This document shows positions 26,913-35,433 of a stretch of 64,000 nt of DNA, piece after piece. This DNA is from an uncultured Acidobacteriaceae bacterium (lineage in GTDB: Bacteria; Acidobacteriota; Terriglobia; Terriglobales; Acidobacteriaceae): contig CAWFGQ010000001.1 in NCBI GenBank assembly GCA_963815485.1, positions 762,387 to 826,386 of the forward strand, read 5' to 3'. Numbering within the stretch: position 1 is the first letter of the stretch; each line of letters begins with the position of its first letter. Position numbers and translations under genes: made by a program. A model generated the notes under the pieces. It did no database searches. It was not told where the DNA came from and was given only the letters and a program-made list of their open reading frames with translations.

Positions 26913-29165
26913 TTGCCTGCCTGGAGCCTGTCCGGAGCACGATTTTGCGGTATTCTTGATAGAGACGTGCAGCGGTCCCCTGACGCGAATCCAACCGCGC
27001 CGCAGCTCCCACAAAATACTGCACCTATCACCGATTCAGCCCAGGCTGAGTTCGCTGTTGCACGCACGATCGCTCAGCAGGAAGGCAACGCCTTGAGTAC
27101 CTCAACGATTCCCACGGCCGACCAGCTCGCCGCCGCCCGCAGCAACCATTGGCATCACAATGCCGACCCTATTCTTACGGTCAATATGCTGCGCGACTGG
27201 CTGAACACCTCCGGACTGGTGCTCTTCACTCCGCGAGCCGCTCAGCTTGCTGCGCCTGGGCCTTCCTTCGTGGAAGCTACGCTTGGCGCAGCGAATGCTG
27301 CTCCTTCCCTCGCTGAGACTGAACAGTCGCGAACCCTGCTTATACGGCTTGCGCTTGATGGCGGAGCGATCCCTCTCAATCTTCTCGGTTCGCCTACCGG
27401 CGTCGGCACGGAAGTTCCTGATTTCCTCGTCTCGCCGCTTGCGTTTCCTTACATCTTCACACTGCGTGGCGATAAGGCCTGGAAGCAGCCACCTGTGACC
27501 AGCGGCGCCAACAAGGTTTCGCCACTTGCTCTGAATGCCTATGTCCTGCTTGGAGAGCATGCGAAGGACAATGGCGCGGGCATGTCTGCTCGCGATCTTG
27601 CGACGCAACTCGGCAAAGAGGTTACTGAGACCGCGGTGCTTCGCGCTCTGACTGAGCTTTGGCAGCACCTTCGCGTTATTCCTGTGCCGCAACCTGATGG
27701 CGCAGCCACGTTGTGGGAGCTTACTACAGCTCGTTTTACGAAACAGATCAAGGCCGGAGCCAATGCCGGACAACCCTCGGCGCTCTCCGCGCTCATCTCG
27801 CTTTATCTTGGGCAGGCGATCGTTGCCTCGGAAGATGAGATCGAGACCTTCCTGTCTCCTGTTGCTGCGCGTTCGCGAATTCGCGAGGTTGTCCATGCGC
27901 TTCTCTCTGCGCGCCAGCTTGAGACCCTGGCTATCGAAGGCCGCACTGTTCTTCATCTTCCCGGCGGACTGCCTGTGTTCGCAGCTCCCCCTGAACCGGC
28001 GCACGATGATATCGACCTTCTCGTCGTTACCGGTGAAAGCGATCCTGCACCTGACACGACCGAGCCAGCCGAATCTCATGAGCGGATTACGAAGTTTATT
28101 CCCAAGCCTCGCAAGGTTGGCACAGGATTTGTAACCAAAACCGGTTCTAATTTCAAAGACAAACCAGTGGAGCGGGAACGCCGTCCGTTTACCCGGGATA
28201 GCGGCCGTCCTTCCTTCGAGAAGAAGTTCGAGAAGAAGAGAGAACAGACCTTCAGCAAACCCTGGGATGAAGAGCGAACTGCGCGTGTCTCCGCGGCGGG
28301 AAGACCCTCACGAGTTCGAGGCGAGGGAGAGGAGGGTTCACGCGAGAAAGAACCACGAACCTTCGAACGAAGACCTGCTTTCAATTGGGACGAGAAGCGC
28401 CCGTTCAGCAGCAAACCGCGGTTTGGTGAGCGCTCGTCGGCCCCGGGCGGCAAACAATTCTTCAAAAAAGATCGTCCCGGCTTCCCGCCGAGAGAAGGCC
28501 GCGGCGAGCGTCCCCCACGACGCGAGTTCACTCCACGCCCGCAAGGTGAAGGCTTCACGAGCGACCGGCCGCGCAAATCGTTCTCAAAGCCCAGCGGCTT
28601 CGCGGGCAAGCGCGAGGGCTTTGCAGGCAAACCTTCTTTTCCACGCGACCGAGAGGGTCGGCCGCCACGACGCGACTTCGGCGATAAACCCTACAAACCC
28701 GCGTTCAAGAAGTTCAGTGGAGAACGCGAGGAACGTCCAAGGCGCAGCGAAGGCCGCAGCGACGGCCCTCCTTTCCGCAAATTCGACGCTCCGCGAACGC
28801 CGAGACGTACTTTTGAAGATCGTCCCGACCGTCCTGCTCGCCCCGCTCGTCCTGCTCGTAGTGAGGGAGGATCGAGCGACTATCCGCGAAAGCCGGGCGG
28901 CAACTTTGGCGCGAAGAAACCATACAGCAAGTCTGGATTCAGCAAATCCGGATTCGAAAAAGGCGGGAAGAGTTTCGCTGGCGGTAAAAGCTTCGCAGGG
29001 AAATCGAGCGGGAGTTTCGCTAAAAAACCAGGTGGCTTCGCTGGCAAGAAGACGTTCGGCAAACCTGCAGGCACCTTCGACAAGTTCAAAGACAATAAGA
29101 AGCCGTTCGGCAAACGCGCCCCCGCTCGCAAATACAAACCTGAAGAGAACAAATCGTCCGAATGA
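26913..29165 (+). CDS. hypothetical protein: structured N-terminal half (possible winged-helix) plus a ~370-aa basic low-complexity C-terminal tail
   Basis: Continuous 750-codon frame. The tail is extremely rich in R/K/G/F/P/E, with motifs RPARPARPAR, GKSFAGGKSFAGKS and FEKKFEKK. Its stop overlaps the cmk start (ATGA). The start is uncertain: TTG at 26913, GTG at 26967, or TTG at 27093 (preceded by GGAAGG). Confidence 0.6.
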   Translation: MPAWSLSGARFCGILDRDVQRSPDANPTAPQLPQNTAPITDSAQAEFAVARTIAQQEGNALSTSTIPTADQLAAARSNHWHHNADPILTVNMLRDWLNTSGLVLFTPRAAQLAAPGPSFVEATLGAANAAPSLAETEQSRTLLIRLALDGGAIPLNLLGSPTGVGTEVPDFLVSPLAFPYIFTLRGDKAWKQPPVTSGANKVSPLALNAYVLLGEHAKDNGAGMSARDLATQLGKEVTETAVLRALTELWQHLRVIPVPQPDGAATLWELTTARFTKQIKAGANAGQPSALSALISLYLGQAIVASEDEIETFLSPVAARSRIREVVHALLSARQLETLAIEGRTVLHLPGGLPVFAAPPEPAHDDIDLLVVTGESDPAPDTTEPAESHERITKFIPKPRKVGTGFVTKTGSNFKDKPVERERRPFTRDSGRPSFEKKFEKKREQTFSKPWDEERTARVSAAGRPSRVRGEGEEGSREKEPRTFERRPAFNWDEKRPFSSKPRFGERSSAPGGKQFFKKDRPGFPPREGRGERPPRREFTPRPQGEGFTSDRPRKSFSKPSGFAGKREGFAGKPSFPRDREGRPPRRDFGDKPYKPAFKKFSGEREERPRRSEGRSDGPPFRKFDAPRTPRRTFEDRPDRPARPARPARSEGGSSDYPRKPGGNFGAKKPYSKSGFSKSGFEKGGKSFAGGKSFAGKSSGSFAKKPGGFAGKKTFGKPAGTFDKFKDNKKPFGKRAPARKYKPEENKSSE

Positions 29166-29965
29166 GTGAAACTCCGCAAACCAACGATGCGAAGCTGCGT
29201 GAAGCCACGCCCAAAAAACGCGAGCGGCCTGTGATCGCGATCGACGGGCCTGCCGGCGCAGGTAAGAGTACGCTCGCCGCGCATCTTGCCCGCCGCTTCG
29301 GCTTTCTCAACCTCGAAACGGGGGCGATGTACCGCGCACTCGCTCTGAAGGCTATCGAGAATGATTACGCGTTTGACGAGGAGGCTCCGTTGATGGACCT
29401 GGCTACGCGAACGAGCATCCGGCTTCAGCCGCAGTTGGAAGGCAACCGTGTGTTGCTGGACACGGTCGACGTTTCACGGCGGATCCGCGATACCGACGTC
29501 ACCTCTGCCGCCTCGAAGGTCTCGGTCCATCCGCGTCTGCGTGCGTGGATGGTGCAACAGCAGCGGGCGCTTGGGGAGGCTGGCGGGATCGTAATGGAAG
29601 GCCGCGATATCGGCACTGCTGTCTTTCCCGACGCCGAAGTCAAGATATTCCTCGACGCGGCGCCCGAGGTTCGCGGCAATCGCCGGTTCCGTCAAAGTGT
29701 TCCGGAGCCCAAGGACTTGTCGTTGAAGGACAATCCTGATCGGCAAAAACCTGATCCTGTGACCCCCGAGGAGCAACGTCTCGCCGAAGAGGCTGTGATT
29801 CGCGAATTGAAAGAAAGGGATTACCGCGACCGGCACCGGGCCGAGTCCCCGCTGCAGCCTGCACGGGATGCGGTCATCCTCGATTCGACCGCGATGACGC
29901 TCGAGGAGGTTCTGACCCGTGCCGAGGAGATTGTACGTTCTCATCTCCCACGTGAATCCTCGTGA
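29162..29965 (+). CDS. cmk: cytidylate kinase
   Basis: P-loop IAIDGPAGAGKST, plus the blocks GAMYRALAL and VMEGRDIGTAVFPDAEVKIFLDA. At 267 aa it is longer than usual because of an insertion before the C-terminal helix. Confidence 0.9.
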   Translation: MSETPQTNDAKLREATPKKRERPVIAIDGPAGAGKSTLAAHLARRFGFLNLETGAMYRALALKAIENDYAFDEEAPLMDLATRTSIRLQPQLEGNRVLLDTVDVSRRIRDTDVTSAASKVSVHPRLRAWMVQQQRALGEAGGIVMEGRDIGTAVFPDAEVKIFLDAAPEVRGNRRFRQSVPEPKDLSLKDNPDRQKPDPVTPEEQRLAEEAVIRELKERDYRDRHRAESPLQPARDAVILDSTAMTLEEVLTRAEEIVRSHLPRESS

Positions 29966-30217
29966 TATCTAACATCGTCACACAACGTTTGTCGAATCGG
30001 AAAAGGCAAAAATTCCTCTTTTTGGGGTAATTTTCCACAGATACTGCACCATAAATTGTGCAATTGTTACAATTTAGCCGAATTCGTAAAAAAAACTTGG
30101 CATATGTGCTAACCTTCATTCATCGTTTGAAACAGATTGGATTCTGCAAAGCTAGTACTGTACGAACCCCGATTTGGATCTACGGCAAATTCAGTAGTAC
30201 CTAAGGAAATAACGAAC

Positions 30218-30418
30218 ATGGAACAGGGAACAGTAAAGTGGTTTAACGATGCCAAGGGGTTTGGCTTTATCAGCCGTCAGAACGGCGAGGACGTGTTCGT
30301 TCACTACTCGGCGATCAATTCAAACGGTTTCAAGAGCCTTCAGGAAGGTCAAGCAGTTCAGTTCAACGTAGTTAAGGGACCCAAGGGTTGGCAGGCGTCC
30401 GACGTTCAGCCTCTCTAG
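30218..30418 (+). CDS. cspA: cold-shock protein (CspA family)
   Basis: 66 aa: [33 protein letters not shown]..., with the RNP1/RNP2 motifs. An AAGGAA RBS is present. The ORF-track start at 30137 is an upstream in-frame extension. Confidence 0.9.
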   Translation: MEQGTVKWFNDAKGFGFISRQNGEDVFVHYSAINSNGFKSLQEGQAVQFNVVKGPKGWQASDVQPL

Positions 30419-30472
30419 TCTTTAGCGGTTCGACTGCAACACTTCGGCTACGGTGACAAAAAAGGTTTGCGT

Positions 30473-30499
30473 AAGGGATGGCTCCGGCTATCCCTTTTC
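30473..30499 (+). terminator. possible terminator after csp
   Basis: Stem AAGGGAT / ATCCCTT (30473-30479 and 30490-30496) followed by TTT. Confidence 0.35.
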
Positions 30500-30614
30500 G
30501 CGCTTAACCGAAGGCCATCGGTTTTCTCATTCAAAATTCGAGATTCCCTGCACGGAAAACGGAGAAGCCACGCAGGACATCTTACCTCCGTAGCGCGGCG
30601 GGCGGAGGCTGGAG

Positions 30615-30764
30615 ATGATTCGTAAATTGAAGACAGGCGAGTTTCGGATTTATTCCCGACATGCAGATCCGAGAACAGGCAAGCGAAAGAACCTTGGGAC
30701 CTTTACGACGCGCGAGAAGGCTGAACAGCATGAGAAGGCTATTCAGTACTTCAAGCGGCATTGA
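30615..30764 (+). CDS. small conserved basic protein (49 aa), function unknown
   Basis: Own translation: MIRKLKTGEFRIYSRHADPRTGKRKNLGTFTTREKAEQHEKAIQYFKRH. A GGAGG-type RBS lies upstream. From memory it resembles a widespread small-protein family (MIRKLKSG.YRLYSRK...GTF.....A..HE.AVQYFKR). It falls below the ORF-track length cutoff. Confidence 0.55.
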   Translation: MIRKLKTGEFRIYSRHADPRTGKRKNLGTFTTREKAEQHEKAIQYFKRH

Positions 30765-30771
30765 GGGATAA

Positions 30772-32334
30772 TCAGCGCTTTTTCTTTTTCGCAGCAGACT
30801 TCTTTTTTGCAGGCGCGGATTTTTTCTGTGGCAGCTCCGGGATCTCTTCGTTGTCCCGGTCGCCGACCATATGGAGACGCATGAAGTTGGTGGCGCCGGA
30901 TTTGGTGCGGGTTCCGGCGACGATGCCGACGATCTGGCGTTGCTGGACGTGGCCTTCCTTTTCGAGGATGTCTTCGGCCATCTGAACGAGCTTGTCGGTG
31001 TCGTGGAAGCGGTCGCAGAGGATGGGATAGGTTCCCCAGAGGAGCATGCAGCGGCTGATGACCTTCTCGAAGGGTGAAAGCGCGAAGATGGGCGGCTCGG
31101 GATGGTACTTGGAGAGCAGGCGGACGGTGGCGCCAGACTCGGTGAAGATGGCGATGGCAGCGACGTCGAGGTCGTCTGCGGCGTGGGACATACACTCGCA
31201 GATGGTTTCGGCGACGGAGAGACGAACGCTTGGGTGGTGGCCGAGGGCAGGTGGTGGATCGATGCGAATCTGGTGCTCGGTTTCGGTGATGATCTTGGCC
31301 ATCATGGCGACAGCTTCGACGGGGTACTTGCCAGCGGCGGATTCGGCAGAGAGCATGACAGAGTCGGTGCCATCGTAGATGGCGTTGGCAACGTCGGAGG
31401 CCTCGGCGCGGGTGGGGCGCGGATTGTCGATCATCGACTCGAGCATTTGCGTGGCAGTGATGACGGGTTTGCGATACTCGGCGGCGCGGCGAATGATGTG
31501 TTTCTGCAGCGCGGGGACTTTTTCGGGCGGGACTTCAACTCCAAGATCTCCGCGAGCGACCATGATGGCGTCGGTGACTTCGAGGATCGAGTCGAGATGT
31601 TCGATGGCCTGAGGCTTTTCGAGTTTTGCGACAACCCAGGCGTCGGATTTGAGCGCCGCGAGACGGTTTTTGACGTGGCGGATATCCGCGGCCGTGCGGA
31701 CGAAGGAGACTGCGACGACATCAACACCCTGGCTGACTGCGAAGACGAGATCTTCTTCATCCTTTTCGGTCAATGAGGGAACCTTAACGGGGATGCCAGG
31801 GAGGTTGATGCCCTTGTTCTCGCCGAGCATGCCGCCGTTGATGATCTCGCAGGTGACGTCTACGCCTTTGACGAAATCGACACGCAACTCAATGAGACCG
31901 TCGGAGAGGAGGATGCGGGAGCCGGACTCGAGATTTTCAGCAAGGGTCTTGAAGGTGGTGGAGACGAGGGCAGCGTCGCCTTCGATCTCGCGCGGGGTAA
32001 TGGTGAGGCGCTTGCCTGCGACGAGTTGGACGGGCTTGTTGCCCTTGAGTTTGCCAGTGCGAATCTTGGGGCCCTGAAGGTCCGCGAGGATGCAGATGGG
32101 CTTGTGCTCTTCCTTCGCGATGGTGCGGACCATGCGGATGAGTTCGGCTTTCTGTTCGTGGCTTCCATGGGAGAAGTTGAGACGGGCGACGTCGAGGCCG
32201 GCGCGGACGAGTTTGCGAAAGACTTCCGGGGTGTTGGAGGCCGGGCCGAGCGTGGCGACGATCTTGGCGCGACGGATGCGCTCCGTCGAAGCGACAGGGA
32301 TAATGTTCGAACTTGGGTCTAAAGATTTCTTCAT
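30772..32334 (-). CDS. pyk: pyruvate kinase with a lysine-rich C-terminal tail
   Basis: 520 aa with blocks KIVATLGPAS, ARLNFSHG and MVARGDLGVE. The C-terminus is ELPQKKSAPAKKKSAAKKKKR. Confidence 0.95.
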   Translation of the reverse strand: MKKSLDPSSNIIPVASTERIRRAKIVATLGPASNTPEVFRKLVRAGLDVARLNFSHGSHEQKAELIRMVRTIAKEEHKPICILADLQGPKIRTGKLKGNKPVQLVAGKRLTITPREIEGDAALVSTTFKTLAENLESGSRILLSDGLIELRVDFVKGVDVTCEIINGGMLGENKGINLPGIPVKVPSLTEKDEEDLVFAVSQGVDVVAVSFVRTAADIRHVKNRLAALKSDAWVVAKLEKPQAIEHLDSILEVTDAIMVARGDLGVEVPPEKVPALQKHIIRRAAEYRKPVITATQMLESMIDNPRPTRAEASDVANAIYDGTDSVMLSAESAAGKYPVEAVAMMAKIITETEHQIRIDPPPALGHHPSVRLSVAETICECMSHAADDLDVAAIAIFTESGATVRLLSKYHPEPPIFALSPFEKVISRCMLLWGTYPILCDRFHDTDKLVQMAEDILEKEGHVQQRQIVGIVAGTRTKSGATNFMRLHMVGDRDNEEIPELPQKKSAPAKKKSAAKKKKR

Positions 32335-32412
32335 GAGTCGCTTTGCTGGAACTTTCTGGCCATCGCGATTTACGGATGGTATGTCCTGTGAGTTTTAACT
32401 CCGAGGCCCATT

Positions 32413-33354
32413 CTAAACGGGCGGGAGGGTATTTGGGGGGGAGGGGGTCGATCGAATCGTATGAGCACGCGTTACGCGGGCGTGAAATTCGGCGTTAAAC
32501 TCCGCGCCGTAGAGGATACAAAGCGAGATGATGTAGAGCCAGAAGAGGAGCGCAATACCTGCTCCCAGTGAGCCGTAGACCTGGGAATAGTTGGCGAATC
32601 GGGTGACATACCAGCCGAATGCGAGCGTTGTAAGGAACCACGTTGCGGTAGCGAGAAAGGCGCCCGGAAGCACCCTCTTCCACGATTGCTGCATGGGCGA
32701 CCCGAGATGATAGATGAGGCCGATGATACCTACGCTCGCCGTGAGGGCTACCCCCCACCGGATGATGAGGGAGACGGCGTAGATCGATGTCTGGACTTCG
32801 GGGAAGATATAAACGGCGAGCCAGGTGGTGATGAATTGTCCGAAGACGAGGAGCACGGTTGCGACGGCGAATGGCAGAAGCGACAGAGGAATGAGAAGGA
32901 AGGCGCGGCTACGGCGCTGGAAGAATGTCCAGCAATCGGCGGGAAGCTCGTTGGCGCGACGAACACCCTCCATAAGGGTAGCGATGACGCTGGAGGCTCC
33001 GATGAGACTGACGACGAATGCGGCGATGAGGGCGCGGGTGGGGCGGTTGCTGTGGGTCTCCACGAAGTAGCTTTGGAGAAGCGGGCTGACGTCAGGCGGA
33101 AGAATGCGGTCGAAGAAGAGAGAAAGCTGAAAGCGGAGTGGAGCGTTGTCGGGCAGGAGACTGACGACAGCGGCGGCAACGATGAGTGCAGGAAAGAGCG
33201 AGACCATCGCAGAGTAGGCGGTGGATTGGGCGAGATTGAGACTGTCGTGCCTGTTTGCTCGAAGCACCGCGCCGTGGAGGATGCGGGGAAGGCGCATGAG
33301 TCTTCTCATGGGATCCACCCGCGATTCTCGATGATGACGGATTATGCCTTCCAC
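32413..33354 (-). CDS. YihY/BrkB (ribonuclease BN-like) family membrane protein
   Basis: 313 aa with about 6 hydrophobic segments and the family N-terminal block LNLAQSTAYSAMVSLFPALIV. The start may be one of the internal Met codons. Confidence 0.75.
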   Translation of the reverse strand: MEGIIRHHRESRVDPMRRLMRLPRILHGAVLRANRHDSLNLAQSTAYSAMVSLFPALIVAAAVVSLLPDNAPLRFQLSLFFDRILPPDVSPLLQSYFVETHSNRPTRALIAAFVVSLIGASSVIATLMEGVRRANELPADCWTFFQRRSRAFLLIPLSLLPFAVATVLLVFGQFITTWLAVYIFPEVQTSIYAVSLIIRWGVALTASVGIIGLIYHLGSPMQQSWKRVLPGAFLATATWFLTTLAFGWYVTRFANYSQVYGSLGAGIALLFWLYIISLCILYGAEFNAEFHARVTRAHTIRSTPSPPNTLPPV

Positions 33355-33438
33355 TTGTTGAGGAAGTCCGTGACAGATTTGGGATACATGCAGCGCACAT
33401 CGCCTCCGGGTAATTGTTGAAGTGAAAGCAGTTCGTTG

Positions 33439-33924
33439 TCAGGCCTTCCAGCGTTTGAGAAATGCGGTGAGGGCCTCGGGGCTGGTGTGTTCGAACTCCT
33501 TCTCTTTCTCGGCGTAGAGAAGATTGCCATGCGAATCGAGGATACCGAGGGCAGGAACGCCTCGCGTGATGGGGACTCCGTATTTTTTTGCGACGTCGAC
33601 GTTTTTATCCATGTGTCCGATGTCGATATGGACCAGGACAAAGTTTTTGGCGAGGAGTTCGGCGTTGGGACTCTGATGATAGTAGATGTCGAGGAGCTGG
33701 CAGTCGCCGCACCAGTTGCCGCCGAAGTCGAGCAGGACGCGTTTGTGTTCCCTGCGGGCCTGAGTGAGAGCGGCGGCAATGTCGGCGGTGGGGTTGGCGG
33801 TCTCGGAGTAGAGGTTTTTGTTGGGCAGGATTTGTGCTGAGGCTCGCGGCAGAGGCACAAGTGCCAGTGACATGAGCGTAACGGCGATAACTGCCATCGG
33901 CGTGTTGCGGGATTTCTGATTCAT
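33439..33924 (-). CDS. secreted thioredoxin-fold protein
   Basis: 161 aa with a signal peptide (MAVIAVTLMSLALVPLPRASA) and the CxxC active site in LLDFGGNWCGDCQLLD. Confidence 0.75.
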   Translation of the reverse strand: MNQKSRNTPMAVIAVTLMSLALVPLPRASAQILPNKNLYSETANPTADIAAALTQARREHKRVLLDFGGNWCGDCQLLDIYYHQSPNAELLAKNFVLVHIDIGHMDKNVDVAKKYGVPITRGVPALGILDSHGNLLYAEKEKEFEHTSPEALTAFLKRWKA

Positions 33925-34035
33925 GGGTGTACCTAGCCCCGATCCCCCGGGGATGCGCAGGCGAGCTGCGACTGTTACAGATGATGATGCATGAAGGATA
34001 CGGCGTGACGCAAAAACATGTCGTTGCCTGGCGGG

Positions 34036-35259
34036 CTACTTTCCGGTGTAGTAGCCGTCGCGGGTCTGAATGAGAAGGTCTTTTTTGTTATGGAGGCTGA
34101 GCTCGATCTGGTGGTAGCCATCGGAGGCCACTTCACCCGCCGGAGTGTAGCCGAGACGGTACTGGGCGCGGAGCTCTTCGACGATCTGGTTGTAGATCTG
34201 CGCGACGGTCTGGTTTTTTTTGACTTCGAAGAGCCGGCCACCTGTCTCGTGAACCATGCGTTCAAGGACTTTCTTGCCGTCAACGCGGGGCTGGTTGTTG
34301 GGATTGCGCCCGCCACCATTGCCGCCACCGCCGTTGCCTCCACCGCCGGGATAGCCACCGCCGCCGCCCGGGTATCCTCCTCCGGGATAATGGCCGCCGC
34401 CCGGGTAGCCGCCCCCTCCGGGATAGCCTCCGCCGCCGCCACCACCGCGTCCTCCATGCTGGGGAAAGTTCTGCGAAGGTTCTTCACCCTTGAAGTAGAT
34501 GGCGTAGACAATCGTGTCGGCGCGCTGGGCGGCTTCGATGGATTTGACGAGAGTCTCCTTGCTGCCGCGGTCGTCGCCGTCGGAGAGGATGATGATGGCT
34601 TTGCGGCCGGTCTGCTTGCTCATCAGTTCGTCGGACGCGAGGAAGAGGGCATCGTAGAGAGCGGTTCCTCCGCCTCGCCGGCGGTTCCCGGTGTTGTTGC
34701 TGTCGTCGGTTGAGGAGCCGGAGTCGCGGCTCGGAGTATCGATCTCTTTGAGGGCAGCCTGGAGCTGAGGCCGGGATGAAGTCGTGTCCTGCAGAAGTTC
34801 GACTTGAGCGGCGAACTGCAGGATAAAGGCTTTGTCTTTGGGGGTGGTCAGCATCTGATCGAGGAAAGTGCCGCTGGCGGCGCGCTCTTCGTCGATGACC
34901 TGACGCTGGGAGAGGCTGGTGTCGACGAGAAGGCCGAGGGTGAGGGGTAGATTGATGTCCTTGTCGAAGTAGCGGATGCTCTGAGGCTTGCTATCGACCT
35001 GGAGGGCGAAGTCGTCTTTGGTCAGGTTCTGGATGAGAGCTCCCTTCTTGTCGCGAACGACGACCGGGATATTGACCAGGCGGGCGTCAACGGCGATGGT
35101 GGGAGCGGTCGAAACGGGTGTTTGAGACGAAGTGCTGTCCTTGTCTGGTGTCTGAGAGGAAGTTTTGTCCGAAGCGGCGGGTTTCTGTTGCGCAACAAGG
35201 ATAGGCGCAGAGAGAAACACGGCCAGAAGAGCTGGCCGGAGGGGGCGAAGGACGTTCAT
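34036..35259 (-). CDS. VWA-domain protein (acidobacterial VWFA-related, TIGR03436-like) with a Gly/Tyr/Pro repeat insertion
   Basis: Signal peptide MNVLRPLRPALLAVFLSAPILVAQQ. Family blocks are VDARLVNIPVVVRDKKG and AIIILSDGDDRGS. The insertion is GGRGGGGGGGYPGGGGYPGGGHYPGGGYPGGGGGYPGGGGNGGGGNGGG. The ORF track extends to 35367. Confidence 0.75.
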   Translation of the reverse strand: MNVLRPLRPALLAVFLSAPILVAQQKPAASDKTSSQTPDKDSTSSQTPVSTAPTIAVDARLVNIPVVVRDKKGALIQNLTKDDFALQVDSKPQSIRYFDKDINLPLTLGLLVDTSLSQRQVIDEERAASGTFLDQMLTTPKDKAFILQFAAQVELLQDTTSSRPQLQAALKEIDTPSRDSGSSTDDSNNTGNRRRGGGTALYDALFLASDELMSKQTGRKAIIILSDGDDRGSKETLVKSIEAAQRADTIVYAIYFKGEEPSQNFPQHGGRGGGGGGGYPGGGGYPGGGHYPGGGYPGGGGGYPGGGGNGGGGNGGGRNPNNQPRVDGKKVLERMVHETGGRLFEVKKNQTVAQIYNQIVEELRAQYRLGYTPAGEVASDGYHQIELSLHNKKDLLIQTRDGYYTGK

Positions 35260-35433
35260 GTGTGTATAGACGAGGCTGGCCGGACTGGGTTTCAGGTTGG
35301 CTCTGCGGATGCGACCCATTGAGCGGGTATTTGTTAGGCTCGAACCTGAAGACTTCGGTTCCAACAAGTTTTACTGGCAGTTTGAACGCCGTCTGTTGCA
35401 ATATATTGCATCGCCATGTAGAGACACGGGGCT

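Noticed and set aside
28267-29169. 300-aa alternative-frame ORF overlapping the basic tail of the 750-aa protein.
   Set aside because: It has the same strand but a different frame within a low-complexity repeat region. The 26913-29165 frame is continuous with the structured N-terminal half and ends in the ATGA overlap with cmk. The alternative frame has no start context.
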